Below are positions 10,463 through 19,577 of a stretch of 64,000 nucleotides of DNA, one piece after another. Origin of the DNA: Spirochaetota bacterium (GTDB lineage: Bacteria > Spirochaetota > UBA4802 > UBA5550). A program made the position numbers and the translations under genes. Location of the stretch: assembly GCA_963664815.2 (NCBI GenBank), contig CAXXHB010000003.1, positions 2,144,001-2,208,000 of the forward strand, in the 5' to 3' direction. Each line of letters begins with the position of its first letter. Position 1 is the stretch's first letter. Below the pieces are notes generated by a model. That model had not been told where the DNA came from and did no database searches. It saw only the letters and a list, made by a program, of their open reading frames with translations.

Positions 10463-10491
10463 ATTCTATATTATTAAGTTTTTTTTGTCAA
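10463..10491 (-). promoter_or_regulatory. Sigma70-type promoter of the cold-shock gene
   Basis: TTGACA (10491-10486), 17-bp spacer, TAGAAT (10468-10463). Confidence 0.7.
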
Positions 10492-10681
10492 AAATATTTT
10501 AAAATTTATGTATTACACTTTATCTATAAATATAAAAAACAGAGATGCCGTAAAACCTGATCTCAAGTCTGCAGACAAACACCTGCCTGGGCTTTTTAAA
10601 TGGCATCCCTTCTCCTTTTTCTATGTCGATTCAGGCGACAGTGAGGTATAACTGTTTAATTTACACTAATCCCGGCTATCT

Positions 10682-11425
10682 TTATTTTTTACTTTTAGCA
10701 GGTAAAGTCAATATCTGCCCCGGATAAAGTATTGTCGGTCTGGATATTGTTTTATTATTCAGTTTATAAATATCCTCCCATTTTTTATAATCACCATATA
10801 ACGCTTCACTTATTTTGATTAAAGAATCTTTATCTTTTACAAGATACTCATTTCCGGAAAGAGTTTTTTCCTTTATCTTTTCGGCTGTCCTGTCAATAAC
10901 GGCAGTTCCGGTTTCTGTTTTACCTGTGGGTGCAATTTCAGATTTATTTTCCGTTACACTGTTTTCACTGCCGGCTTTTTTATAGAAGTATTTATTAAAA
11001 ATAAAAATAGTTAATATTACAAGAAGCAGTATTGAAAGAAAAATTATTAATCCTTTATTACTTTTCAGTGAAAGAGCCTGATTATTCCCTTCAGAACGTT
11101 TAGTCTTCTCAGAAGATTGTTTTTTCTGAACATCTGCTTGATCTGTTTCAATAACCGCATTCTTATTATCAGTCATGTTTTCAGATAAACTTTTTTCAAT
11201 ATGTTTTAAAGCAGTTTCTGTCAGTTTATATTTTTCAAGAATATAATTTAGAGTTCTCTTCTCAATATCTGTAATTTTACCACCATCTTTAACAGCTTTT
11301 ATAATACCTCTGGCATCAGCCAGAGAAATCCTTCCATCACCTTTGCCGTCTACACTCTTATCTGCAATATCAAGCATTGCCCTGTCATAATTCTTCCCAT
11401 CTATCTTTTTATAATACGAACTCAT
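10682..11425 (-). CDS. Membrane-anchored LysM protein with an uncharacterised N-terminal domain
   Basis: C-terminal LysM (YLVKDKDSLIKIS..LYGD...W..IY..N...LYPGQILTLP), one TM helix, GGAGG RBS before ATG 11425. Confidence 0.8.
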   Translation of the reverse strand: MSSYYKKIDGKNYDRAMLDIADKSVDGKGDGRISLADARGIIKAVKDGGKITDIEKRTLNYILEKYKLTETALKHIEKSLSENMTDNKNAVIETDQADVQKKQSSEKTKRSEGNNQALSLKSNKGLIIFLSILLLVILTIFIFNKYFYKKAGSENSVTENKSEIAPTGKTETGTAVIDRTAEKIKEKTLSGNEYLVKDKDSLIKISEALYGDYKKWEDIYKLNNKTISRPTILYPGQILTLPAKSKK

Positions 11426-11758
11426 ATAACGACCTCCGGTATTAATATATTTCTGTATCAATTCCTTTAATAAAAACAGGATAAAAACCTCTGTTTTTAC
11501 AAGTCAGTTTTGTATTCAAGAAATATTGTTTCTCCTGAAATTAAATATAGATTTATAAATCAGTAAATAAGTTAATTATAATAATTTATGAATTACAATA
11601 AAAAAAAATTAATTAATGGTTTTTTACATATTTAAATTCATTTAATGATTTAATTCTTTCACCGGATTTATATCCGTAAAATATATTATAAAATTTCTTT
11701 GTTGCAATTTATTAATCAGTAATTTCTTTAAATAATAATTTATTATCCGGAGAGAATA

Positions 11759-14038
11759 ATGAAAAAAAATACCCGCCTGTACAATAATACTCTCGAAAAA
11801 TGGACTGAGTATTTTGAAAACTGGTTTAACGACAAAGCAAATTTCAAGGGAACCCGTATGGATAGTGAAATGTATCCATACTCTGCGCTTTTTGAGCCGA
11901 TAAGAATAAATTCATTAACAGTAAAGAACAGAATAATTATGGCTCCGATGGGAAACATCTGCATGGCAGATGAAACAGGTAAACCATCATCAAAAATGAT
12001 AGCATATTTTACCGAAAGGGCCAAGGGGGGTACCGGCCTCATAACATCAGGTCTCGTACCCGTAAGTCATGGTATTGATCCATCTGTTACTGAATCGGGT
12101 AATTTGTCCATGTTTCCGCGTATCGACAGATCGAGAACAAACTATGCCGGATGGAAAACTCTTGCCGAATCATTACATTCATTCGGAACTGCTTTTTTTA
12201 TTCAGCTTACACCCGGATTGGGGAGAGTAGGATCTCCTGAATGTATAGTAAAAAAACATAAACTCCCTGTTTCGGCTTCATGGAATCCAAATTTCTATAT
12301 TACTCAGGTTCCATGCAGACCTCTTACATTCCTGGAATTAAAAAAAATCGTCAGGAATACCGGGCAGGCGGCCGCTGATGCGAAAGCCCTTCTTATCGAC
12401 GGAGTGTATCTTCATGGGCATGAAGGATATCTGCTGGAACAGCTTTCAAACACGGCATTTAACAGAAGAAGTTTCGGGCCATATCGCAACTGGCAGAAAT
12501 TCGGAGTTGATCTTGTCAGAGAAATAAGAAACAGATGCGGTAAGGATTATCCTGTTATGTACAGAATAGATCTGTCATTGATGCTTAATGCAACATATGG
12601 AGAAAGGATGAACATTGTTCCATCCCTGAAAAAATTTAAAAACGAGCGAACTATTGAGATGACACTGGATTACATAAGAAATCTGATCTCTGCCGGGGTT
12701 GATATCATCGACGTGGATCTTGGCTGTTATGACAACTGGTGGCTCCCTCACCCGCCGGAGGCAATGCCTCCCGCATGTTTTATTGAAGTTGCAGAACTGG
12801 TAAAAAACTTTTTAAAAGAGAATAAAATTAAATCCAATGCAGGAATTGATGTCCCTGTAGCTGCAGTGGGCAAGCTTGGTTTTCCCGACATAGCAGAAAG
12901 GGCTCTTCAGAAAAACCAGTGCGATATGATAATGCTGGGCCGGCCGCTTCTCGCAGATCCCGAATGGCCCAATAAAGTATACGCAGGAAAAAACAGGGAG
13001 ATTATTCCATGTATAGGAGATCAGGAGGGGTGCCTGAATGAATTCATCAGCGGCGGTCATCCGCAGTGTTCAGTAAATCCGAGAACTGCATTTGAAGAAA
13101 AATATGAAACACTCCCTCCCGCTCCGGAAAAGAAAAAAATCGCTGTTGTAGGCGCCGGACCTGCCGGTGTAATGTGTGCATGTACAGCTGCTGAGAGAGG
13201 TCATGATGTAACCATATTCGATAAAAAAACAACAGCAGGCGGATTGATAATACCGGGATCTGTTCCTAAAATAAAATATGAGATAGCGAATTATCTTTCA
13301 TATATGAATAACAGACTTTTAATTTCTTCAAAAAAGTTTAAACTTAAAACTGAATTTGGTAAAACCGTAACAGCCTCTACGCTTAAAAACTGTAAATTTG
13401 ATACTATTGTAATTGCAACCGGAGGTATCGGATTAAAACCTGATATACCGGGCATTAACAATGAAAATGTTTTCCAGTCTGTAGATATATTGATGAACCG
13501 GTCTCTATGTGAAGGTAAAAATGATGCTGTAATTATCGGCGGTGGATCTGCCGGATGCGAAACCGCTCATTATCTGTCATATGAGCTGGGTATAAAAAAT
13601 ATTACAATTGTTGAAATGCGCTCCGACATTCTGAGAAATGTATGTACTGCAAACAGGGGATACATGATACATCATCTTGAAAAAAAGGGTGTAAAGATAA
13701 TGAACTGTACCGGCGTAGACAGTATTAAGCAGGGAAGCATTGTATTGAATCAGAACATTTCAAAAAAAGTGCCAGACCCTTACATCACATGGAAACCTCT
13801 TCTGCCGGAAAATATTCCTAATCCTTTCGCAAAAAAAATAGATTTTAAAAACAGGGAAATAGAAATCCAGTCTGATATTATTATAATTGCAATGGGTTGG
13901 AAACCGGATCGGACACTTTATGAAGAGTGTATGAGAAGACAGGTTGCTCCCGAAATATACCTGACCGGTGATGTTCACTCAACCGGCAGAGTTTTCGAAG
14001 CAACAAAGGGTGGTTATGCCATAGGACGCAGAATTTAA
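11759..14038 (+). CDS. Enoate reductase-like NADH:flavin oxidoreductase (OYE + Fe-S + FAD domains)
   Basis: KNRIIMAPM, ERAKGGTGLI, HGHEGYL, GRPLLADPEW, VVGAGPAG, IIGGGSAGCE. Confidence 0.88.
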   Translation: MKKNTRLYNNTLEKWTEYFENWFNDKANFKGTRMDSEMYPYSALFEPIRINSLTVKNRIIMAPMGNICMADETGKPSSKMIAYFTERAKGGTGLITSGLVPVSHGIDPSVTESGNLSMFPRIDRSRTNYAGWKTLAESLHSFGTAFFIQLTPGLGRVGSPECIVKKHKLPVSASWNPNFYITQVPCRPLTFLELKKIVRNTGQAAADAKALLIDGVYLHGHEGYLLEQLSNTAFNRRSFGPYRNWQKFGVDLVREIRNRCGKDYPVMYRIDLSLMLNATYGERMNIVPSLKKFKNERTIEMTLDYIRNLISAGVDIIDVDLGCYDNWWLPHPPEAMPPACFIEVAELVKNFLKENKIKSNAGIDVPVAAVGKLGFPDIAERALQKNQCDMIMLGRPLLADPEWPNKVYAGKNREIIPCIGDQEGCLNEFISGGHPQCSVNPRTAFEEKYETLPPAPEKKKIAVVGAGPAGVMCACTAAERGHDVTIFDKKTTAGGLIIPGSVPKIKYEIANYLSYMNNRLLISSKKFKLKTEFGKTVTASTLKNCKFDTIVIATGGIGLKPDIPGINNENVFQSVDILMNRSLCEGKNDAVIIGGGSAGCETAHYLSYELGIKNITIVEMRSDILRNVCTANRGYMIHHLEKKGVKIMNCTGVDSIKQGSIVLNQNISKKVPDPYITWKPLLPENIPNPFAKKIDFKNREIEIQSDIIIIAMGWKPDRTLYEECMRRQVAPEIYLTGDVHSTGRVFEATKGGYAIGRRI

Positions 14039-14085
14039 GCTTCTGTTTAAATCTTTAAAATTTTTATAAAGTACAAAACTGATCA

Positions 14086-14129
14086 TTATCCTCATTGCCA
14101 CATCAACCCGGATTGAGCAATGAGGATAA
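14086..14129. terminator. Hairpin between convergent genes
   Basis: 13-bp perfect arms TTATCCTCATTGC / GCAATGAGGATAA. Confidence 0.6.
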
Positions 14130-14139
14130 ATACAAATTT

Positions 14140-15510
14140 TTATTCTGCGATTTTATTAGTCTTTCTCCATATATTCATTTTTCCGGCAGCGGAAACAAGT
14201 TCATCTCTGAAAGATTCATCCGCAAGGGAAACGAGGAGTTCTGCCCTTTCCCATGTTGATTTACCCTTGAGGCGCGCAATTCCATTTTCTGTTACTATAT
14301 AATCAACAAATGTCCTGGGTGTTGTTACGATGCTCCCCTGCGGCAGCATTGGTAATATTCTCGATTTAAGATTACCCTCTTTATCGTCATATGTACTGGA
14401 AAGACAGAGAAAACTTTTACCTCCGTTTGACTTAAATCCGGCAATGGCAAAATCTGCCTGTCCTCCGGATCCTGAAATCTGTCTTGGCCCGGCACTTTCC
14501 GAACATGCCTGTCCGAAAAGGTCAACCATAAGGGTATTATTTATCGACCTTAAATTATCATTAAGCCCTATTATCTCCGGGTTGTTGGTATATTTCCCGC
14601 AATGGCTTGCCAGAGCAGAATTGTTATCCATAAAATCGTACATTTCCCTTGTACCCAATGCAAATGTAAAAGCTATCTTACACCTGTCGGTTGTTTTATA
14701 TCTTCCGGTAACCAGGCCTGCATCAAACATTTTAACCATTGAATCTACAAAAAGTTCAGTATGAATTCCCAGATCCTTAAGATCGGAATCACATAGCAGT
14801 TCCCCGAGAGTGTTTGGAAGGCCCCCTATTCCAAGCTGTATACAGGCTTTATCGGGAATTTCTTTCATCAATAAAGCCGCCATTTTTCTTTCAGCATCCG
14901 TTGGCGGTTTTCCTGCAGGAAGAACTGCAAGGGGTGTATTGCTCCCTTCTATCACATAGTCTGCCATCGAAACGTGAATAGAATCCTCCGACCCGCCGTG
15001 AACCCTTGGAATGTTTTCATTTACTTCGAGAATAAGAGTTTTTGCACCCAGGCATGATTCAAGGCTGTTTACATTGGTAGGCCCGAATGAAAAGAAACCG
15101 AATTTATCCATCGGGCTCACCTGTTGAACATAAATGTTGTAGTTAAAAAGATCGCCGGCTATAATTGTCTGAAGCTGGCTGAATGTAATCGGGTTATAAA
15201 ACATAAGATTTTTGTCACCCATCCGTCTGTTCCCTGTATCAAAGAACCAGCTGTTGCATATAAAGTGTTCATGAGTGGGATCACAACATGTTGTCGGAGA
15301 ATCGGATGGCAGACCGGCACACTGTGTTATCTGAACATTAAAAAGTTCGTTCATTCTTGCAGCAAGCTCCCTGTCAAAATCGACAGGTCTTCCCAGAAAA
15401 TATCCATATAATAAACTATCTCCTGACTTAACTATTTTAGCCGCATCTTTTGCAGATATAAGTTTATTTTTATATAAATCTGTATTTCGTGACGGAATGA
15501 TCTTATTCAT
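14140..15510 (-). CDS. Family I CoA-transferase (4-hydroxybutyrate/butyryl-CoA:acetate type)
   Basis: IQLGIGGLPN, DLGIHTE, ISGSGGQADF, VTTPRT.VDYIVTE.G. Confidence 0.9.
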   Translation of the reverse strand: MNKIIPSRNTDLYKNKLISAKDAAKIVKSGDSLLYGYFLGRPVDFDRELAARMNELFNVQITQCAGLPSDSPTTCCDPTHEHFICNSWFFDTGNRRMGDKNLMFYNPITFSQLQTIIAGDLFNYNIYVQQVSPMDKFGFFSFGPTNVNSLESCLGAKTLILEVNENIPRVHGGSEDSIHVSMADYVIEGSNTPLAVLPAGKPPTDAERKMAALLMKEIPDKACIQLGIGGLPNTLGELLCDSDLKDLGIHTELFVDSMVKMFDAGLVTGRYKTTDRCKIAFTFALGTREMYDFMDNNSALASHCGKYTNNPEIIGLNDNLRSINNTLMVDLFGQACSESAGPRQISGSGGQADFAIAGFKSNGGKSFLCLSSTYDDKEGNLKSRILPMLPQGSIVTTPRTFVDYIVTENGIARLKGKSTWERAELLVSLADESFRDELVSAAGKMNIWRKTNKIAE

Positions 15511-15772
15511 AATTGCTCCCCGGAAATTCTATTTAGATTTATAATCTATAATTTTCACTGGAGCCAGAATCTTCACATCTTCATCCATGTCAAGCAATAA
15601 TAACTGAACAAAAAACAGAATTAATATAATGTATTTTATATTAAAAGCTTATTACGAATACAGTTTTTTAAAATTTTCAGAATTGAATGCAGTTTATTAT
15701 CTTTTCTTCTGATTTTTAAATTAAACACAAATGTCCATAATACATATTTTTTTGATATGTATTATAACGGAT

Positions 15773-15803
15773 TTCGAACCCTATAACAATAATAGGGTTC
15801 GAA
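15773..15803. promoter_or_regulatory. Perfect 12-bp inverted repeat, candidate operator in a divergent promoter region
   Basis: TTCGAACCCTAT-N7-ATAGGGTTCGAA, about 100 bp upstream of ORF 15904; no U-tract. Confidence 0.5.
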
Positions 15804-15903
15804 CCTCTAAATTGATTGTACACATATATAAAATAATTAATATAAAAGATACAATAACAATATCAGGCTATTTAATTTTTGCTGTAAGCGGGATGTATCT
15901 TTT

Positions 15904-16326
15904 ATGAGCACATTTCAGGTTCAATCAGAAGTCTACGTTTTTAAAAACAGAATATATAAATGCCGTATAACCGGTGAAACAGACAGGATAAAAAAATACC
16001 TTCTTGAATTATTTTTTTTTAAAAAAGAAAAGGGTTCATTAGAATTTTTAACCCTGGAAAACTACTCGGCAATTATCGATGTAATATTAAACTTTCTTTC
16101 AGTAGACGGAAGAATTGCAAGAGAAACAACATTATTATCTTTGTTCAGTTCAGAATCATATCTCATGCTGTCAGTTTATGATAATTCATTTTCAGATGAC
16201 GAAATGAGATTACTTAAAAATGAGGTGATTAATTTAATTAAAGAACATGAACACATCTTAAGTTTCAGTATACATATGACTCCATCAGCAATTTGTATTT
16301 TTATTAAACCTATCCTGCGGGGATGA
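15904..16326 (+). CDS. Hypothetical protein, possibly a degenerate RsbW/HATPase_c fold
   Basis: 140-aa ORF. Helix AIIDVILNFL, strands LLSLFSSESYLMLSVYDNS and a terminal hairpin resemble the GHKL layout without the G boxes. Confidence 0.55.
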   Translation: MSTFQVQSEVYVFKNRIYKCRITGETDRIKKYLLELFFFKKEKGSLEFLTLENYSAIIDVILNFLSVDGRIARETTLLSLFSSESYLMLSVYDNSFSDDEMRLLKNEVINLIKEHEHILSFSIHMTPSAICIFIKPILRG

Positions 16327-16541
16327 AGTTTAACATAACACAATATAATAAGAAAAAAATTTATTCCGAGGAAAAAATGAATTATAAATTACAGGCAATC
16401 CTTCCTGTTAATATGAAATCAATATATAACTATTCATGTAATGAATTTAGCAAGTTAAAAGTTTTAATTTATATTGAACAGCAGACCGAAACAATCGATC
16501 AAAGAGAATTATTACCTGATAACTATTATAAGTCATTATAA
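16323..16541 (+). CDS. Hypothetical protein (doubtful)
   Basis: ATGA overlap with the upstream ORF; no motif recognised. Confidence 0.3.
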   Translation: MKFNITQYNKKKIYSEEKMNYKLQAILPVNMKSIYNYSCNEFSKLKVLIYIEQQTETIDQRELLPDNYYKSL

Positions 16542-16796
16542 TAAATCAGGCCTGCTGGCATATAACAATTCAATTTTATCCCGGATTCGGTTTTACAATG
16601 GCCATACAGCTCCGAATTTCTTCTGATATTCCGGATGCAGCATCATATTTAAAACAATGTCTTAACCGATTTTAATATAATTTAATATTTCATTTATATT
16701 TTCTGTTGAGTTATTATTACCCCGGATTAGCCATATCAAAATTGAATATTTAAGTTTTGACTAATATTTATAAACTTTGTTAAAAATATAAATCAG

Positions 16797-19274
16797 GTGA
16801 AGATGGTGAGTGAATTAAACCGAAATGATAATTACAACCTGAATAATCCCGATATATTTAAGATGCTTCTCGAAGGCATTAATTCCGTTTTTTTTCTTAT
16901 TGATAAAGATGGTATAATTACATATGTCAGCCCTGCGTTGGAGCAGATGACAGGTTATATATCTTCAGATGTTACGGGAAAGCACTTTAATCTTTTTATA
17001 TTTGAAGATGATCTTCCCATTATACTGAAAAGCAGTTGGACAATTTTTAATGATCTATTCAATTCATATGAATTCCGTTTATTAAAAAAAAATGGCAAAC
17101 CATTTTACTGCCGGGTTTATGGAAATCGGTTGTCTATTGATAATCATTTCGACTATATAGCCGGTTTTATAATCAATAATACGGAAAAATCACTATCAGA
17201 AAACAGAAATATATACAGACTGATTGCTGATAATATCAGCGAGATAATATGGGTTATGGATAAAAATTTCAATATATCATATATAAGCCCATCCGGTGAA
17301 AAAATCAGGGGTTTTACGTTTGATGAACAGATAAAAATGAAGTTACATGAACATTTTACTCCTGAATCATATAAAGAAATAAAGCAGCTGATAAAAAATG
17401 ATTTCAATATTCAAAAACTTTCCAGTAAAAAAATTTCTTCACTTGGACCATATACGCTTGAGATGACATGTAAGCATGGTAAAGCAAAATGGCACGAAAT
17501 TATACTCACGATAATCCGCGGAAAACACAAAAGCGATATAACCTTTCTGGGAGTAGCAAGGGATGCCACTGAAAAGGTTAATATTGAAAGAGAGCTTAAA
17601 TTTTCTGAAGAGAAATTTGCAAAGGCCTTCAGGTATTCACCCAATATTCAGATACTTACAAGGATGAATGACTGTGTAACTATTGATGCAAGTGATTGTT
17701 GTCATGAATATACCGGATTCTCAAAAGATGACATCATTGGAAAAACAGCTTCAGAAATTGATTGCTGGATTAATGATGAAGACCGTAAAGGTATAAATAA
17801 ATTATTAAAAAATACAGGCACAGTAAAAAACAAAGAGTTTGAGATGAAAGATAAAAACGGGTTTGTTTATAAAATCCGTCTTTCCTCTGAAACTATATAT
17901 ATAAACAACGAATTACATATAATATCAACCCTTTTTAATTTATCCAAAGTCCGCAAGCTTGAAGATATTATTATTAAAATGGACGAAATTCAGAAAGAAA
18001 GAATCGGCCATGAACTTGATTATAATCTGTTTAATTATCTTTCAGGGATTTCAATATTATGCAGAGAATTAAAAAGAAAACTTGATGAAAAATATTCCGA
18101 AGAATCAAATCTTGCGAATAATATATCTGTCCTTATTGATGATGCAGCCTCCCAGATTCGCGGGTTAACAAGAGGAATAAATAACCTTCTCCCATGTGAT
18201 GATGATATTATTGAATTGCTTGAATCTCTTGCTGCCTCAACACGTAAATTTACAGGCATAAACTGCATATTTTCTTACGGAAACGTTCCCCGGCTTATTG
18301 ATAAATTTACTACACGCAATATATTTCTTATAGCAAAAGAAGCCGTCAATAGCGCAATAAAATTAAAATGCCCGGCGAATATAATGATTGCCCTTGAAAG
18401 TGATAACAATATAATAAAACTCATTGTCAGAGATGATGGAACTCCTGAAAATAATTTAAGAGCTGAGTTCAGTTACATTATAATAAAACATATTTCAGAT
18501 ATGATCAATGGTTCACTGGTATTTGATTATAGTGAAAGCCATAATTCACTTATCTTCACAGTAAACATAAATGAATTGAATGACCTGAAATATTTAAAAA
18601 ACAGTTACACCGAACCGGTCAAAAAAAAACGTGTTCTGGTTGTGGATGATCAGCCTCTGATACGCCAGGGATTGATAAAAATACTTAATGATTCAGGTAA
18701 GTTCGATGTCTGCGGCGAAGCAGAAAACTGCACCAAGCTTATTAAGGCTGTAAGAAAATTAAATCCTGATCTTTTAGTATGTGACTTTTATTTAAACAGT
18801 GTTTATAATATCGACCTATGCAGAAATATCTCCTCTATCAATCCCTCTCCTTCAGTCCTGATTATTTCAAACCAGGACGAACTTATCTATGCCGAACGCA
18901 TGATAAAAACCGGCGCCTGCGGCTATATAATGAAAAACGAAACTCCGGAAAAAATTATCGAAGCTTTATTAACTGTTCTCAGCGGAGAGATATATGTAAG
19001 TAAAAAATTTTCATCAACCGTTGCTTCCAAGATACGGTATTCTTACTCTTCACAGCAGGATTTAATTATCAATACACTTAGCGAGCGTGAACTCGAGGTT
19101 TTTATGATGATAGGTAAAGGCATCTATTCAAAGGAAATCGCTGACAAACTGTTTATCAGCCTGAAAACAGTTGAAGCAATAAGAAAAAGATTAAGAATCA
19201 AACTGAAACTTTCTGATTCAAGGAGTCTTGTAAAGCTTGCAGTAAGCTGGACAAACCGTCAGGAAAATGAATAA
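16797..19274 (+). CDS. PAS x3 + degenerate HisKA_3/HATPase + REC + LuxR-HTH fusion
   Basis: Three PAS repeats; ERIGHELDYNL in place of ERxxxxLHD; VVDDQPLIRQG receiver; LSERELEVF...KEIADKLFISLKTVE HTH. Confidence 0.85.
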   Translation: MKMVSELNRNDNYNLNNPDIFKMLLEGINSVFFLIDKDGIITYVSPALEQMTGYISSDVTGKHFNLFIFEDDLPIILKSSWTIFNDLFNSYEFRLLKKNGKPFYCRVYGNRLSIDNHFDYIAGFIINNTEKSLSENRNIYRLIADNISEIIWVMDKNFNISYISPSGEKIRGFTFDEQIKMKLHEHFTPESYKEIKQLIKNDFNIQKLSSKKISSLGPYTLEMTCKHGKAKWHEIILTIIRGKHKSDITFLGVARDATEKVNIERELKFSEEKFAKAFRYSPNIQILTRMNDCVTIDASDCCHEYTGFSKDDIIGKTASEIDCWINDEDRKGINKLLKNTGTVKNKEFEMKDKNGFVYKIRLSSETIYINNELHIISTLFNLSKVRKLEDIIIKMDEIQKERIGHELDYNLFNYLSGISILCRELKRKLDEKYSEESNLANNISVLIDDAASQIRGLTRGINNLLPCDDDIIELLESLAASTRKFTGINCIFSYGNVPRLIDKFTTRNIFLIAKEAVNSAIKLKCPANIMIALESDNNIIKLIVRDDGTPENNLRAEFSYIIIKHISDMINGSLVFDYSESHNSLIFTVNINELNDLKYLKNSYTEPVKKKRVLVVDDQPLIRQGLIKILNDSGKFDVCGEAENCTKLIKAVRKLNPDLLVCDFYLNSVYNIDLCRNISSINPSPSVLIISNQDELIYAERMIKTGACGYIMKNETPEKIIEALLTVLSGEIYVSKKFSSTVASKIRYSYSSQQDLIINTLSERELEVFMMIGKGIYSKEIADKLFISLKTVEAIRKRLRIKLKLSDSRSLVKLAVSWTNRQENE

Positions 19275-19577
19275 TATATTAAAAATTTCCGGATCAGATG
19301 CCAGTAATTCCGTTCTGAGTAACGAGACCGGATTGATTTAAGATGAGAGGATAGCAGCACTGATTATAATTGATATCCCTAATCAATCCCATCCGCACCA
19401 GAAGGGAACTACCGGTAATACTGAAAATTATTAATTGAACATATTGAATAAACTTATCTCTTTCATCTGATTCTATCTTTACATAAAATAAATGTCCGTT
19501 ATATTTTTTCTTTTAGTAAATCTTATAATACTTCATTTCATACTGCATGACATACCTGATCTTAACTGTTATGATTA

